Positions 40,975 through 55,510 of a stretch of DNA of 64,000 bases are shown here, one piece after another. Under the pieces are notes generated by a model. That model was not told the origin of the DNA and searched no databases. It was given only the letters and a program-made list of their open reading frames with translations. Numbering within the stretch: position 1 is the stretch's first letter; each line of letters starts with the position of its first letter. The translations under genes were made by a program, and so were the position numbers. Source of the DNA: Octopus sinensis (Eukaryota); the NCBI RefSeq assembly GCF_006345805.1, contig NC_043014.1, forward strand, positions 52,018,001-52,082,000, read 5' to 3'.

Positions 40975-41150
40975 TCATTAATATTATTATTATTATTATT
41001 ATATTTTATCGTTATCGTTATATTTTTATGTCCTTGTTATTGTTCTTATTTTATCCCCGTTATAATTATTATATTTATTACTTTTATTATTATTATTATC
41101 ATTATATTATTATTATTACTTTTATTATTATTATTATTATTATTACTGTT
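40975..41150. repeat. (TAT)n trinucleotide low-complexity tract
   Basis: Directly visible. Confidence 0.85.
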
Positions 41151-41671
41151 ATAACTAATACGACTACGGTTACTCTATCAATAAATATTGATGCCGGAGA
41201 AATTGCCAATAGTTCTGTGCTTTTCAGATATGTAAATAACAAATAATAATGATAATAATAATAATGAAAAAAAAAGTCTCTAATCCCTTGTGTAAATCAA
41301 GTGGATGGTCGATGTATAGTCATAGACATTTACCAATATATTAAGTATCGAATGTATCAGAAGAGATATTCCATCGTGTGAATGAATATTCTGCAAGTAA
41401 TTACAGCAGAAATGTCATTGATAAAAATATCTAGAATCAAGATAGATGTAATTACCACACAACATCGACATACATGTATACAGGTGTATGTCTGTATGAA
41501 CGTGAGAGAGAGAGAGAGAGAGGTGGGCAGAGCTTGCGTGCGTATATAATATATATGACAGTTGCTATTTGTTTTACATACAGAAGACATACATAGATCA
41601 AATATGTAAACACATCATAATATATAAACAGTGTTATTTCGTGACCATTATAAATACAAACTAGAGAATGA

Positions 41672-41747
<76 letters not shown>

Positions 41748-42146
41748 ATGTGTATGTATGTATATGTATGTATGTATGTATGTATGCGCATAATGTACGC
41801 AAAATTCTGGAAATGAGCACATCCAATATGTCGTATGTTATTCACCATCTTAGAGCAAAGGTTCTTACTCATTACGTGTTTCTGTACTGTCCCTCTGTGT
41901 TTGGAATCGATAATAAAAATTCCTAATCATTTTCAAACATTTACATATTTCTATGAGCTACTTGTTATATACATGCATATATACATACATACATACATAC
42001 ACACACTCAGAAACACACATACGCGCGCGCACACACCAGTATATATATATTTATAAACAGTGTAGCTGGCATATGAGCGGGTATCTATTTACAAAAAAGG
42101 AGTTTGAAAACGCCACTGTATAAGATAAATTTAATTTTCTTAGAGA

Positions 42147-42195
42147 TTTTACATGTTTCGGTTCTTTTTGAAAAAAACGAACCTTATCAAAAATA
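42147..42195 (-). ncRNA. Decayed minimal type-I hammerhead-like motif
   Basis: AUUU UUGAUAA GGUUC..GAACC GAA ACAUGU A AAAU: all three stems are present, with two transitions in the CUGAUGA box. Confidence 0.5.
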
Positions 42196-42744
42196 TTTTT
42201 AAAAGTTAAGTGTAATAAAAAAGTTCATAATTGTTTCTTACTAGACTCAAGAGAGTCCTCTTTGTGGTGTTTTGTAATGGGGAGAATAATGGCTGTCTTG
42301 TGCGTTGACTAGAATCGTTGGGTGTGACAGTTCGTCGTAATAGCAGTAGTTGCAGACCGTTAGTAGTAGTAGTAGTGACTGAGGTGGTGGGGGTGTTTGG
42401 AGTTGAGCAGCAGTTCAGTGGCTGTAGTAGAACTAGCAGCAGCAGTTGAAGTGACCGTTAGCTGAAATAGTCATAGTGGAAGAGACTGTTGGTCGTAGTA
42501 GTAGTGGCTATACATATATGATTGATTTGATTTTGATTTTTCCAGTTTCAGCTAATGAGCTGTGGCCATGCTGGGGCACCGCCGTTTCTTTTTATTTCTA
42601 TGCCACACGTGTAACACGGGGTTACATTGGATTAGGTACCTGTGTATTACATACCTGCAATACGCTATCAACTCACGACACCTAATGATTGTTTTACCTC
42701 AATTGGAACTCAATGACATGTTACCTAGTGTTAGCTATATATAT

Positions 42745-42778
<34 letters not shown>

Positions 42779-42902
42779 ATACACACAGATTCACACGACA
42801 GAGTATCCAGGGTTACTGGATGTATATATGTATATATATGCCCGAACGTTAGACTATTTACCTTAGTACACGGTGATCAATTATAAGCTTTAAAATAAAA
42901 TA

Positions 42903-42940
<38 letters not shown>

Positions 42941-43619
42941 AAGCTTGTTTTAAAGTAAAAATATATAGGCATTCAGATAATAAACGTACGCGTACGTAGA
43001 ATTATCGTCCTGCCTGTCCCTTCACTCATGTGAACACATATTTATACGCACGTACCATATATCACACACACACACACACACACATAATATATATTATTAA
43101 TTTATATATATATATATATCATAGTCTTTCATGTATTCCACGAGATGGAGTCTGGGGAAAAACTTCATTAGTCGCTGGGATAATTGTCACGTAGAACACG
43201 CTGTGTTATAACCGCAGAATTATTTCAGTTGAATGCTAATTCAATAATCTCGTATATTAAATTAATTCATCCATGCGCTATATTAGGTAGTTACAATATA
43301 TTGCTAGAATAATAATTTACGAATTAGTCGTAGCTTCTTCAATTATACAGGTTATTGACTGATTGAATGCACCAAGCCTAATGCTGGGCCTAGATGTTTG
43401 ATATGGTATATCTATTTAAATTCATAGATCCAGGAATATACACACTGAAGAATGGATATTTGTTTTGATTTGAAACGAACGTATTGCTGAAAGAAAATGT
43501 TTGCCTTCGTAGTAATAAGCGAGCTTCTCAACCACATCGTTGCTAGTTCAGTCCTACCGCCTGAAAAGGAAATATTAATAAGTAGGAATTTGAAACTGGT
43601 GTTTGTGTGCTGAGTGTCT

Positions 43620-44200
43620 TCCACTAAGTGTTAGCATCCAAGTATCAGAACTTATAATTTGCAGCAAAAAAATTTGAAAGACCTCTGACAACAGGTTGCT
43701 GTCCGTTCTCACAGAATCAAAGAGATAAAATAAGCCCGAGATGTCTGAGGAGTAAAATAAAAAGAATAATAATTGTTTGACCTTAACCAGTTGAGCGTTT
43801 ACATTTGTGGGTGATGATAGGTGCATATAAGATGAGGAGCAGAAGTATTGGGGGAGTACCATAGCCATGTGTTGAGAGGAATTCTTTGGGGTTTTGGTAA
43901 TTCACCTTTGGAAACACTGGTGTCCATCAACATCCTGAAACAACCTTTATTCGGGTACATTTTGAGTGGGATTGGCTACTCGACCCGAAAAAAATGTGAC
44001 TGGGCCCCACCTACAAGGTCATGCGCTGTTTATCTTGATGTGATATTAATATGTCACGCACATATGGTTGTGATGCATGTGCCTGGTGTACCTTTATCAG
44101 ACGGGTGGGTCGTGATGGGTATAGTAAGCTTCGTACATTTTCCCCGGTGTCGCTTTGACGGCATGCACATCTCTCTCACTCACTCAATAATAATCATAAC
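43620..44200 (+). mobile_element. Possible LINE 3' end / interspersed repeat ending in an (ATA)n-like tail
   Basis: GC-richer complex island ending abruptly in CACTCACTCAATAATAAT. The family assignment is recall-based only. Confidence 0.35.
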
Positions 44201-44879
44201 AGTAATGGCAATGATGATGGTGGTGATGATGATACACGTGCTTGTGGCGAGAACATATTTGATCCTAATTTAAAACAACAATGGCAATCAAAAACAAAAT
44301 GGATTCTATTTATAATGCAGAGCAAGATTATTTAAACAAATATTATATTCATCAAAATATGATATGGCGTCATTTAACACCAATTTACTCTTCCTCGATG
44401 GTTATTAATTGCTCGTAATTAAGCTAATGTCCTCAAAGTAGTGGTTTTAATGAAAATTTCTAACGTGCATATCTCTATGCATTTCGTTCTCATTGCTAAC
44501 GAATGAAACATGAAAGAATCCTGATATTCTTTTAATCATATTTTCTTGCGGTGATTGAGGTTTCAGAATTTTGGGGATTATATGCTTATTTACATTCAAA
44601 ACCAATATGGTTGTTTACTAGTTCCCTTTTCGCTTCTGCTTTAATCTCACAATGCTCCCTCTACCCCTCACTCTCTCTCTCGCTCGCTCTGTCACTCTCT
44701 CTTTCCTATACATAGCTGTCATTTAGTCAGGCCTCTTACAACATTCAAAATAATTCTGGACATTAACAGTCTATCTACCAATCTGCTGCTACCGTTCTGT
44801 GTGTTTATCTCCTCATCTACATAAACGTAGATATTCATATACGCTTATATATGTATGTACATATATATATATATATATA

Positions 44880-44919
44880 TATGCACACACACACATACAT
44901 ATAGAGAGATCGAGTGACA

Positions 44920-44963
<44 letters not shown>

Positions 44964-44996
44964 CACACATACATATAGAGAGATCGAGTGACAGAC

Positions 44997-45038
<42 letters not shown>

Positions 45039-45068
45039 CAAACATACATATAGAGAGATCGAGTGACA

Positions 45069-45108
<40 letters not shown>
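44880..45108. repeat. 3 x GCACACACA..CATACATATAGAGAGATCGAGTGACAGACAT-(AT)n tandem unit
   Basis: Three near-identical cores separated by variable (TA)n. Confidence 0.9.
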
Positions 45109-45110
45109 TA

Positions 45111-45330
45111 AGGGTGAAATATAATTTAATAAAATTAATAAATTTTACCTAGTAGTTTTTTCGGTATGGAAATGACCATATTCGGTAAGGATTATATATA
45201 CTTATAACAAGGGTTAATTGCTACAAGTTGCTTAAACCACATACCGAAAATTAGAAATAGCAGCCAAATAGGTTACATTACTACTACTAGAAAAATAAAG
45301 TCTCCACAATAAACAGAATTGTAACCCGTT
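45111..45330. mobile_element. Short (TA)n-embedded interspersed repeat related to 56165-56365
   Basis: Both share an AGGGTG.AAT..AATT start. 45209-45265 resembles the reverse complement of 56305-56358. Confidence 0.5.
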
Positions 45331-45430
45331 TATATATATATATATATACTATATATATTATATATATGTATATAATATATATATAATATATGTATATGTA
45401 TATATATATATATAACTATATATATATATA

Positions 45431-45485
<55 letters not shown>

Positions 45486-46228
45486 GGGGGGAGAATACTT
45501 AAGTACAAGAATTATTTGAAAGAGCTTCTTACATTGCAGAAGAATGAATAGTTTATTAATGCCTTTTAGTTTGGTGCATTTCTATAAAGAATTAATAATA
45601 TATTAATTCTTTTCTCATTCTAAGGACCTCTCTGCCTTCAATTCTTTTCGCGTTTCAATGCTTAAAGCAAACTGCAACTTTTCTGAATGTATGCGCATGC
45701 GTGGATAAGTGAGCATACAGACATAGGTTTCTCTGTGTGTCCATCTGTCTTTGGATGTATGTTTGTGTGTCTCGTTAATTTGTGCATACAGTTACACACA
45801 CCCACACACATAATTATATATATATATTTGTAGTAACAATGTTAAAATATCGGCTTTATGAAATGAAACTCTTTCCTTACACCTGAACGCTCAATTTAGT
45901 TCAACGTTTCACACATATCCATACAGACATATACATATATACATAAATATATACATATACATATAAACATATTTAAATATATATACATATACAAATAGAT
46001 ATATGTGCGCGTGTTTGTTTTTGTGTAATAGTTACTAATCGTTACTAACTCACGATGATTTATTTACGCAACGATGGAAGTATCGTTCGCAAATAACAAT
46101 GGTTGCTATGCATTCAACTTCATCTTTCACAAATACACTTTTTCTCTCCCTCACAATACATACCTGAGCTGCAAAACTGCTGACACACTTTCACCCCTTT
46201 ATCTCTCTCTGTACTCATACACATATAC

Positions 46229-46259
<31 letters not shown>

Positions 46260-46456
46260 CAGAGAAAGAGAAAGAGAAGGGTATAGTGAACGCGAGATAG
46301 AAAGAGATACACGTACACACTACGCGAAGCAATCTTAGCCTAAATCTTATGTTACTTAGACAATACACATTACATGATTTATTTTCAATTAGATATCGAT
46401 TTGTATACAGATAATCGGCATTGTTGTTTCACTAATTTTCTTTACTGCTAATCGAA

Positions 46457-46489
<33 letters not shown>

Positions 46490-46564
46490 CACACATTCAC
46501 AACCAAACATATATTTACAAATACATATGCAAAAACAAATACACACGTATACATAGATACATAG

Positions 46565-46633
<69 letters not shown>

Positions 46634-48444
46634 TTGGAGAGATGGAAAGAGAGAGAGAGAGGGATGGCGGTGAAGATAAATAACAATACTCAACAAGTTA
46701 TAATTTCGCCACAATCACTATTTCATTTCCGTATACTAAATCATGTTTCCATGTCTTTTTGTCTCTCCTATTAACATGAATATATTTAGTAGCATTGCTG
46801 CTTCTTTTTTTTAAAGTTTTTCTTATTTGGAGAGATGGGAAGGTTAATTTTTCTTTTCTTCCATTTTTGCTTTCAACAAAAGCTTCTCAACCACATACAT
46901 TCTTTATTCTCCGTGTTATCGATTTCTCTTCAATGTAGAATACGAATGCGTTCAAAGTGGTTTCTTTTTTGTTAAGTATTAAATTTTTTCCTCCTTTATT
47001 TTTGTCTCTTGTTTTCTATGTTTCTATTTAATGAGAGTTTCGTTGCTTTATTCTGGTTTCAGATATTTCGACTGTTTTCTCTTTAGTATATTCTTACAAT
47101 CAATTATCTCAGCTAATTTGAAAACTAATGAAGTAGGCTGAGACTCCTATTTGTAAGCAAATTATAAAACGGATCGCTTTAACTAACCCCAGGACCAAAC
47201 ACTTTGCTAATTATCAGAGTGCTTCCAGTTATTTATTCATTTATCTACTTGCTTACGTATTTCTTACATCTACATCGACGTTATATAGACACAGAAACAC
47301 GCTACACATATGTGTGCACAAATTTGATAAATACCACGCATGAAACCCACGGCCCGTGACAATTTCGTAGCTTTTTAACATATATAACTGGCATATGCGG
47401 CTGAGGGTATATTTAATTCAAACAGCGATCAATGTATTATACCTAAAGTATGCACCATGTCGATACGCCAGGTACTGCAATATTTGTCCTGATATGCAAT
47501 CCCATAAAAAAACTTTCTGTGTTAAAATCACGAGGCGAAAATTCGTCCTGGTAGCGGCCAGCGAATGTATCATCTGGTTTTCGGCCTTTTGGATAGTTTC
47601 ACTGGCGCGTACTTGTATTCAGTAACATGGTATGGTCCAATGAAATTATGTTGTAACCGATATAGAGAAAAGTAAAAACTATTTCTGTTCTAATTACTTT
47701 CTCGCCTACCACGTTGTTTACTCATAGTCAGTGTACTAGATATTTGCCTAAATATTTATCTGAAACAAATTATAAAACTTCCTGATTTAAACGAAGCTTA
47801 GGGCCTGCATAACAGCTCATCACTATATCAATGTCATGAATATTGACCTAAATATAATAACTAACATTTTCTTAGTCTTGGAGATCATTACCTTTCCTTT
47901 TTTCCTTGAAAATACAATCAAAGGTAAGAGGTGTTTAATGTTTGATAAACAGATAATTAAACCAATAAGTTAATAAATAAATAAATAAGTAAAATAGTGG
48001 AAACTTAATTAACTGGTGAATGTGTTAAATAATTAGGCACTGAAATAAAATGACACTCCCCATACTACAAATTATGCATCAACACACGAACTCACATAAA
48101 AAATCTTACAAACGAAATCCAAAATTGGCATAAATCAATAAGTTTGACGTATGATTATTCGGCCCTACCAAATACGATATATTTACTAGTCAGTCGGGAG
48201 AAAAAATATAATGCCAATGACATCTTTCGGAGCTTTCGAGAATGACGTGAGAAAAGGATAAATGGAGGTTGATTCTTGTGGAGATTTGACCCCACAGTTT
48301 TCAGAAAAGCGTAATCCTCAAAGCGACTTAAGGCATACGGTGACGAATTAAGTTGATCTTCGGATTGATACATCAAGACGAAAGACTGCCTTCTGTTCTG
48401 TTTACACACAGCAATGTTGTGTATATATGTATATATGTATAAAG

Positions 48445-48625
48445 TCAAAGAAAATGTATATATGTATATAATGTATATAATTTATATAAAGAAAATGTAT
48501 ATATATGTATATAAAGAAAATGTATATATATATATATAAAGAAAATGTATATATGTATATAATTTATATAAAGAAAATGTATATATATATGTATATATAT
48601 AAATGTATAAATGTATATATGTATA
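48445..48625. repeat. AAAGAAAATG-(TA)n minisatellite, 5 units
   Basis: Directly visible. Confidence 0.85.
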
Positions 48626-48689
48626 AGTCAATTTCTGGAACAGATATAAGTCAGTATTTTGAGGGTGGTGGTAATGTCCAGTAAGTCGA

Positions 48690-48893
48690 GATCAAGTTTC
48701 GCCACAAGGGGAAAGTGGTAGGCCCTAGTACCAATTATGCCTAGTGAACAACGAGTGGTTATTTTACCGACTCCAAAAGGATGAAAGACAAAATCGACCG
48801 CGGCAGAATTTGAACTCAAAACGTAAAGACGAACAGTAGGTCGCTATGCATTTTGCTCAGTGTGCTAACGATTCGGCCAGCTCACCGACCTAA
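48690..48893 (-). mobile_element. CORE-type tRNA SINE
   Basis: GGTGAGCTGGCCGAATCGTTAGCAC head, GAGTTCAAATTC B box, GGTCGATTTTGTCTTTCATCC. Confidence 0.8.
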
Positions 48894-49596
48894 TAGGTTC
48901 TCTAAATGAAATCGCAATTATATTTCGTCCCTTTATATAAATTATATAACACTTGAGTTCAAACGGTCAGCTCATGAATTTCGCAGAATTATAGAACATT
49001 GAAATTTCTCATTCTCAGCCACCTGCCACAATATTCCACCTTTTCACGCGTTACAGAAATAGCAGCTTCTTACTTTCTTCTTCGTTTCTTCTATTTGTCT
49101 ATTGTTCGTTGAAAAGTAAATGACACTTGCTTTTCATTGAAACACTACAAAGGAAACGACTATGATGAACTTCGAGTGGGCAATTTCAAATAAACTGGAT
49201 ATTGAATCGCCATATATTGTCAGTGATAAATACAGAGAACGGCAGCAGTATTCTTATATATTGTTTCAATTCTTGATAAAGTCATTTGCAACAGTATTAA
49301 TAAACTAAATGCCCAGTCGAATACCTCGCAGCTATAAATTGCAGCAAACTGCTTCAGGAATGAAATTAGTGCATTTCGCTAATTGTCTTAAATTACAGCG
49401 CCTGGAAACTTTTAAATGTTGTAAATTGTAGAAACGTAATTCCCGGGATTAGTGAGAAGAGACTTAGACGCATAGGAATTTGGCATAAAGAATTAAGCAC
49501 ACACAAAGTAACATAGGCAATTATGCCTTATATAGCATACATATGTATTAATCTATATTGACATATTATATATGATATATATAATATATATATATA

Positions 49597-49919
49597 TGAA
49601 ACATTCAATATATGTATATGAAACATTCAATATATGTATATGAAACATTCAATATATATATATGGAAGATTCAATATATATATATGGAGGATTCAATATA
49701 TATATATGGAAATTCAATATATATATATGGAAGATTCAATTATATATATATATGGCAGATTCAATATATATATAATATATGGCAGATTCAATATATATAT
49801 ATATATGGCAGATTCAATATAATATATATATGGCAGATTCAATATATATATATATATGGCAGATTCAATATATATATATATATATGGCAGATTCAATATA
49901 TATATATATATGGCAGATT

Positions 49920-49925
<6 letters not shown>
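49597..49925. repeat. Minisatellite of 14 (TGGCAGATTCAA-like)+(TA)n units
   Basis: Directly visible, with ordered sequence variants. Confidence 0.92.
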
Positions 49926-49955
<30 letters not shown>

Positions 49956-50164
49956 TCGCACACATGAATATTCCATGCCTACACAACATGATATATATAT
50001 ATATATATATATATTATTTATAAAGATATTTTACATATACGTCCTATGTAAAATATGTTTATAAAATAAACACCCGCACACACACACACAGATTTCCCAT
50101 TATATACACTGAAAAGGACGGTTTTGCTTTTGTAGTTTTTTCAATATTTTATGTAAATAGAAAA

Positions 50165-50380
50165 TGCCTGGCTACGTGGTAAGAAGTTTGCGTTCGAAAC
50201 ACAAATGACACCTTGGTAAGCATCTCCTACCATACGATCTGATCGACCAAAATCTTGTGAATGCAATTGGCAGACAAAAACTGAAAGAAGCCTGTCCTTG
50301 TGTGTTTGTGTTCGACTACCTGTCCTCCCACCATTAATTGACAACCAGTGTTGGTGTATTTACGTCCTCGTAAACTAGCT
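50165..50380 (+). mobile_element. Diverged family 1 SINE
   Basis: TGGCTACGTGGTAAGAAG..CACCTTGG..AACTGAAAGAAGCCTGTC..TTGACAACC.GTGTTGGTGT.TTTACGTCC. Confidence 0.6.
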
Positions 50381-50866
50381 GTTGTATATGTTTTTTGTAC
50401 AATTTGTAAGAGAGCTTCCACGCAAAAAACTATAATTTTGAGATGTTTTTACTCATTGATAGCAACTACATTTCAGATCTCATAGATGGCTATGAAAGGG
50501 ACTCTAAAGAAAAATGTCAATAAGTGAAAGTGTAGGATATGTTTGCAAATTTATTGATGTTGGTGTTTGTGCAGAAGGCATCAGGGTGTGTCAGGGACCT
50601 TAGTTTGCAAACCAATATGAAGATATACTTTTTGATATTCGCGAAATTAATGCGAGATTTTGTACAATTTAAAATTACTGTTCATATCCCATAGATCAAA
50701 GAAAATGGCCAATAACAGGCCTTCTGGTATAATTGAAAATGTTTGTATTCCTTTTCATAATGACGTCAATTAATCTCACATTTTGACAGGATAAAAGCGT
50801 TCATTACACACACGTTCACACATTCAAAAGTTTGTTTATTAACTTCTCGACATTATGGCTAATATT

Positions 50867-51085
50867 AAGGTGGTAAGGAGGCAAAATCGTGAGCACACCG
50901 GACAAAATTCTTAGCGACATTTCGTCTGTCTTTGCGGGCAGAGTTCAAATTCCCCAGAGGTCGACTTTACCGTTTATACCTTCAGGGATGGTAAAATAAG
51001 TGCCGGTTGAGTGCTAGGGTTGACGTAATTGACCTACCCCATACCCCGAAATTGCAAGCATTTTGTCAAAATTTGAAACCATTAT
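50867..51085 (+). mobile_element. CORE-type tRNA SINE, near full length
   Basis: AAGGTGGTAAG..GCAAAATCGTGAGCAC head, GAGTTCAAATTCC, GAGGTCGACTTT, AAAATAAGTGCCGGTTGAG. Confidence 0.8.
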
Positions 51086-51529
51086 AATGTTAACCATTTG
51101 CCGATGAGAAAGAAAGCTCTTCTAAATCCCGAGTAAATTCAATACATGTCTGCTTCAATCACACATACTCGCAGACGGTGTAATATTATTTGAGGAAGAT
51201 TCGGTTACTGTTGTTGGAAGATGAAACGATCCATACGGATTCACTTGTGACCTCAGATTAGTTGTCAGAAGGAAATGCTTTTTTGAGGTAACACACTCTT
51301 TTAGAATATACAAGAATATATGCACACACACATACACATACATAGAGACAGAGGAAGAAAGAGGGAGGGGAGATAGTAAGATTATTACACTGAGAATGTG
51401 CAATAATAATAGATTATATCGTAGCCAATTAACTGTTAACAGAATAGCTAAGATAATATGATGGTAGAGATACAGTAACAAGTTATCAGTGGAATGGATA
51501 TCACACTGGTTCTATCATGTTAGACTTTC

Positions 51530-51604
51530 ACTCGATAGATAGGCTGATTGATATACAAATATAGATAGATAGATAGACAGGTTGATAAATAGATAGACTG
51601 GCAG

Positions 51605-51663
<59 letters not shown>

Positions 51664-51668
51664 CAGAT

Positions 51669-51699
<31 letters not shown>

Positions 51700-51734
51700 T
51701 AGACAGACAGATAGATAGATAGATATAGACAGAC

Positions 51735-51765
<31 letters not shown>

Positions 51766-51900
51766 TAGATAGATAGATAGATAGAAAGAGATAGATAGAT
51801 AGACAGATATAAACAGGCATAGATATAGGTAGATAGATAGATAGATATAGATTTACAGATAGGTATATAGATAGATATAGATAGATAGCTAGGTAGATAT
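51530..51900. repeat. (GATA)n/(GACA)n microsatellite
   Basis: Directly visible. Confidence 0.92.
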
Positions 51901-52501
51901 CTCTTGCTTAAACAAAATAAACATTGTATTGTCATATCAGTTCATTTATTCTGTTCAGAAACCAAATTATTGTTCAGCACCTATTTATTCCACACTTCAA
52001 TTTAATTACAACACCCAGACGCAAATCTAGTTGTACAAACATAATTAATCGGCATTCTTAAAGGTCAATGAACTAATCTATACAATTAAATATGACTAAA
52101 TATTTCAGGAAATCATTCTGTGGTAAAACCTCAACAAAATCTTTTTTTTTTTCTATTTTCCTTTCCTTACACCAAATTATACTTACAGCAATTATACTTT
52201 GAAACATCAAAGAAATACTTTTACGAGATTTAAAGTAAACAAATTTAAAATGTATTTAAATAAATAAAATAATTTCAAGAATTAATAACATAGCGTGGGC
52301 CACATATTTTAAAGAATTTTTTTTTTAAATCCTTAAACGTTCATTTCATTTGCTTTTGTTATTTGCAAGAATCGAGATTTAGTTGTATTCATTCAAGTTA
52401 TATAGTAATACAAATCTAACAGAGCACTCTCTCATACTTTTGACAAAAACTTTCAAATTCACAAGATTTTTTTGGTTTTCGTTTGTAAATAGTTTGTAAA
52501 T

Positions 52502-52914
52502 AGGTGTGGGAGTGGTTGTGTGGTAAGTAGCTTGTTTACCAACCACATGGTTCCGGGTTCAGTCCCACTGCGTGGCACCTTGGGCAAGTGTCTTCTACTA
52601 TAGCCTCGAGCCGGAATAAAGCCTTGTGAGTGGATTTGGTAGACGGAAAATGAAATAAGCCTGTCGTATATATTTATATATATATATATATGTGTATGTG
52701 TGTGTGCATATGTTTGTGTCCGTGTTTGTCCCCCCAACATCGCTTGACAACCGATGCTGGTGTGTTTACGTCCCCGTAACTCAGCGGTTCGGCAAAAGAG
52801 GCCGATACAATAAGTACTGGGCTTACAAAGAATAAGTCCCGGGGTAGATTTGCTCGACTAAAGGCTGTGCTCCAGCATGAACACAGTCAAATGACTGAAA
52901 CAAGTAAAAGAGTT
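52502..52914 (+). mobile_element. Family 1 SINE
   Basis: Collinear with the other plus-strand copies. Confidence 0.9.
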
Positions 52915-53608
52915 AAAAATCCTTTCAGTAATATTCGACTTTAAGAGAATCGAAAGAAATGTGAGAAATATCAAATATTTCTTCGGTGATGATTCCGGAA
53001 ATTTCATTGGATAGATCTTTATATAGGATAAGCTATTGCAAGATTCTTTCTATTCTGGTGTACATTAGATATAGAATGTTCTTACATGTCTGTTACACTT
53101 GTAAGATTCTGTCTGCATATGAGTAGACACATTTAAAATAGTCTAAAGTATATCTTATATGAAAGATCATATTTTATACATGTTAAACAAATGTAAGATA
53201 GTACGAATACGTGATGTGAGAAATTCTTCGAAATAATCAATACCAGTTGTTTCCGCTTCTATAATTGGCTTATTCTTTAACGGCTTCCGTCATTGTATGG
53301 CAGCCACGCTGCTCACAGCATACAAAGATTCCAGTCAATATTGATCCAAGCGTATATTCCGACCAGTTTTATTGAACCCATTCACCAAATGGCTTAGTCA
53401 CATTTTACGCAAAGGGATTCAACTGAATGGTCGTAATAAGAGCGCCTCAATATGAAACATTATGAACATTGATAAAACTGGAGTCCTTCAGCGATATATT
53501 TTTTTTCCATTCGAGTCAATACAGAATTACAGATAGTAATTAGGAATTTTGATTTACTGTCGGTTTAGTGTAACCCACTATGGGATATCATTTATCCAAT
53601 ATAAGCAC

Positions 53609-53648
<40 letters not shown>

Positions 53649-54919
53649 TATGTAATGTAATTATTTTAACTGCATTTTACCCCAATACATCTGACTAATA
53701 TAGGCATAATGGGATACCCTTATCTACAGGCTGAAACAGCTGTAAGATCCATTTTGTGTGTATTATTTTTTCTGATTATCTTACTCATTGATGTATATTG
53801 TTTTATTCTGTTTTACTCTGTTGGATTGGATGTTAATACATTATATGAATTGGTATTATCTGTAAGTGATTATATATATATATTATATATATATATATAT
53901 AATAATATATATATATATATATAAGGTGGTATTTATGAAGTAGAGCTTAATTACAGAGGATATCTCTTCTGTTCGGTGATTTTGGTTCATACTAAACCTG
54001 CAGCAATGCAAATGTGTATTACACGAATGATTATAATTCTGTAATATTTTCCAGGAAGATAATTCCGATGAATATTCACACATAATAGTGAAAAAATTAA
54101 AAGTTATTCCAAGTCGTTCAACTCTTTTTAGTGTCGTTAATTGCAAAAGCCACCTAAGTAAGCTGAATGGTCAATAATATTTTTAGTTTTTATTTTAATG
54201 CATAGAACATTTAAATTTTACGCTTATCATTTTATTTATTTTAAGATGACATTTCTACTGATATTTTGCAAATATTTATACATACTTGTCTAAAAATACA
54301 TGCTGTTTGCTACTAGAAGTTACTTGTAGCTATTTTATTCTCTTCGTTTACGTCAATGATAAATAAATTGCGGTACGAAATGTTAACGTGACATCGTTAT
54401 GAAAATTTTTCAACTTTTAATATCGATCCAGTTCATATGGTTCGTATTTATATTACATTTATATTACTGCTGTAACATGTTATTTCCTATCTGATTCACC
54501 ACACTTAAATTGATGCAGCTACAAAAAGAATGTGATAAAATAGCAATTAGTATTAGCTTCCAACCATTCTCAAATGCATATTTGCTCTTATCTGATTTTG
54601 ATCAAGCTTGTCGTTTTATGAAATGAGTGTGAGGTAATTACTGATGAATACACGCACAAACACATACATACATGTACGTATAATTACACACAAACACATA
54701 CATACATGAATAAACACCCATACACTAAACTACACACTCAAACAATCATACACACAGACACACACGACATATGCATAAATATAAATGTATGTATCATAAT
54801 AATTAATATGTTTTCGTTCTTAATGCAGTTTTCAAATGTGTCCTGATGTATCTGCTATTGAATTGGAAGAATATGAAAAAATATGTTCAAAAACGTCGAT
54901 ATAAATATATCGCAACTTG

Positions 54920-54927
54920 TATGTGCG

Positions 54928-54959
<32 letters not shown>

Positions 54960-55510
54960 ATATATCTATACGTATACACGCGTACATATAAATATATGTA
55001 TATGTAACATATATATATAATATAAATAAATATGGTGTGTATATATACACATGTATATATATGCATATAAATATATGCATATATAAATATATGTATATAT
55101 ATGCATATATACATATGTGTGTATATATACATATATACATATGCATGTATATATCAATATGCATGTATATATACATATATACATATGCATGTATATATAC
55201 ATATATATGTATATATACATATATATATACATATATATGTATATATACATATATACATATGTATATATATGTATATATACATATATACATATGTATATAT
55301 ACATATGTATATATATATATATGTATATATGTATGTATCTCTCTCTCTCTATATATATATATATATGTATGTATGTATGTATCTATCTATATATATACAC
55401 ACACAGATGTATATATGCATATATAAATGTATGTATATGTATATATATACGTATATATATATATATATATGTATATATTCCTATATATATGCATATATAT
55501 ATATAGCATA
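54920..55510. repeat. TA/CATATG-rich compound microsatellite
   Basis: Directly visible. Confidence 0.9.

Noticed and set aside
49597-49925. CRISPR-like repeat/spacer look (also 44880-45108 and 32977-33170)
   Set aside because: The spacers are only (TA)n or absent, there are no cas genes, and the context is eukaryotic.
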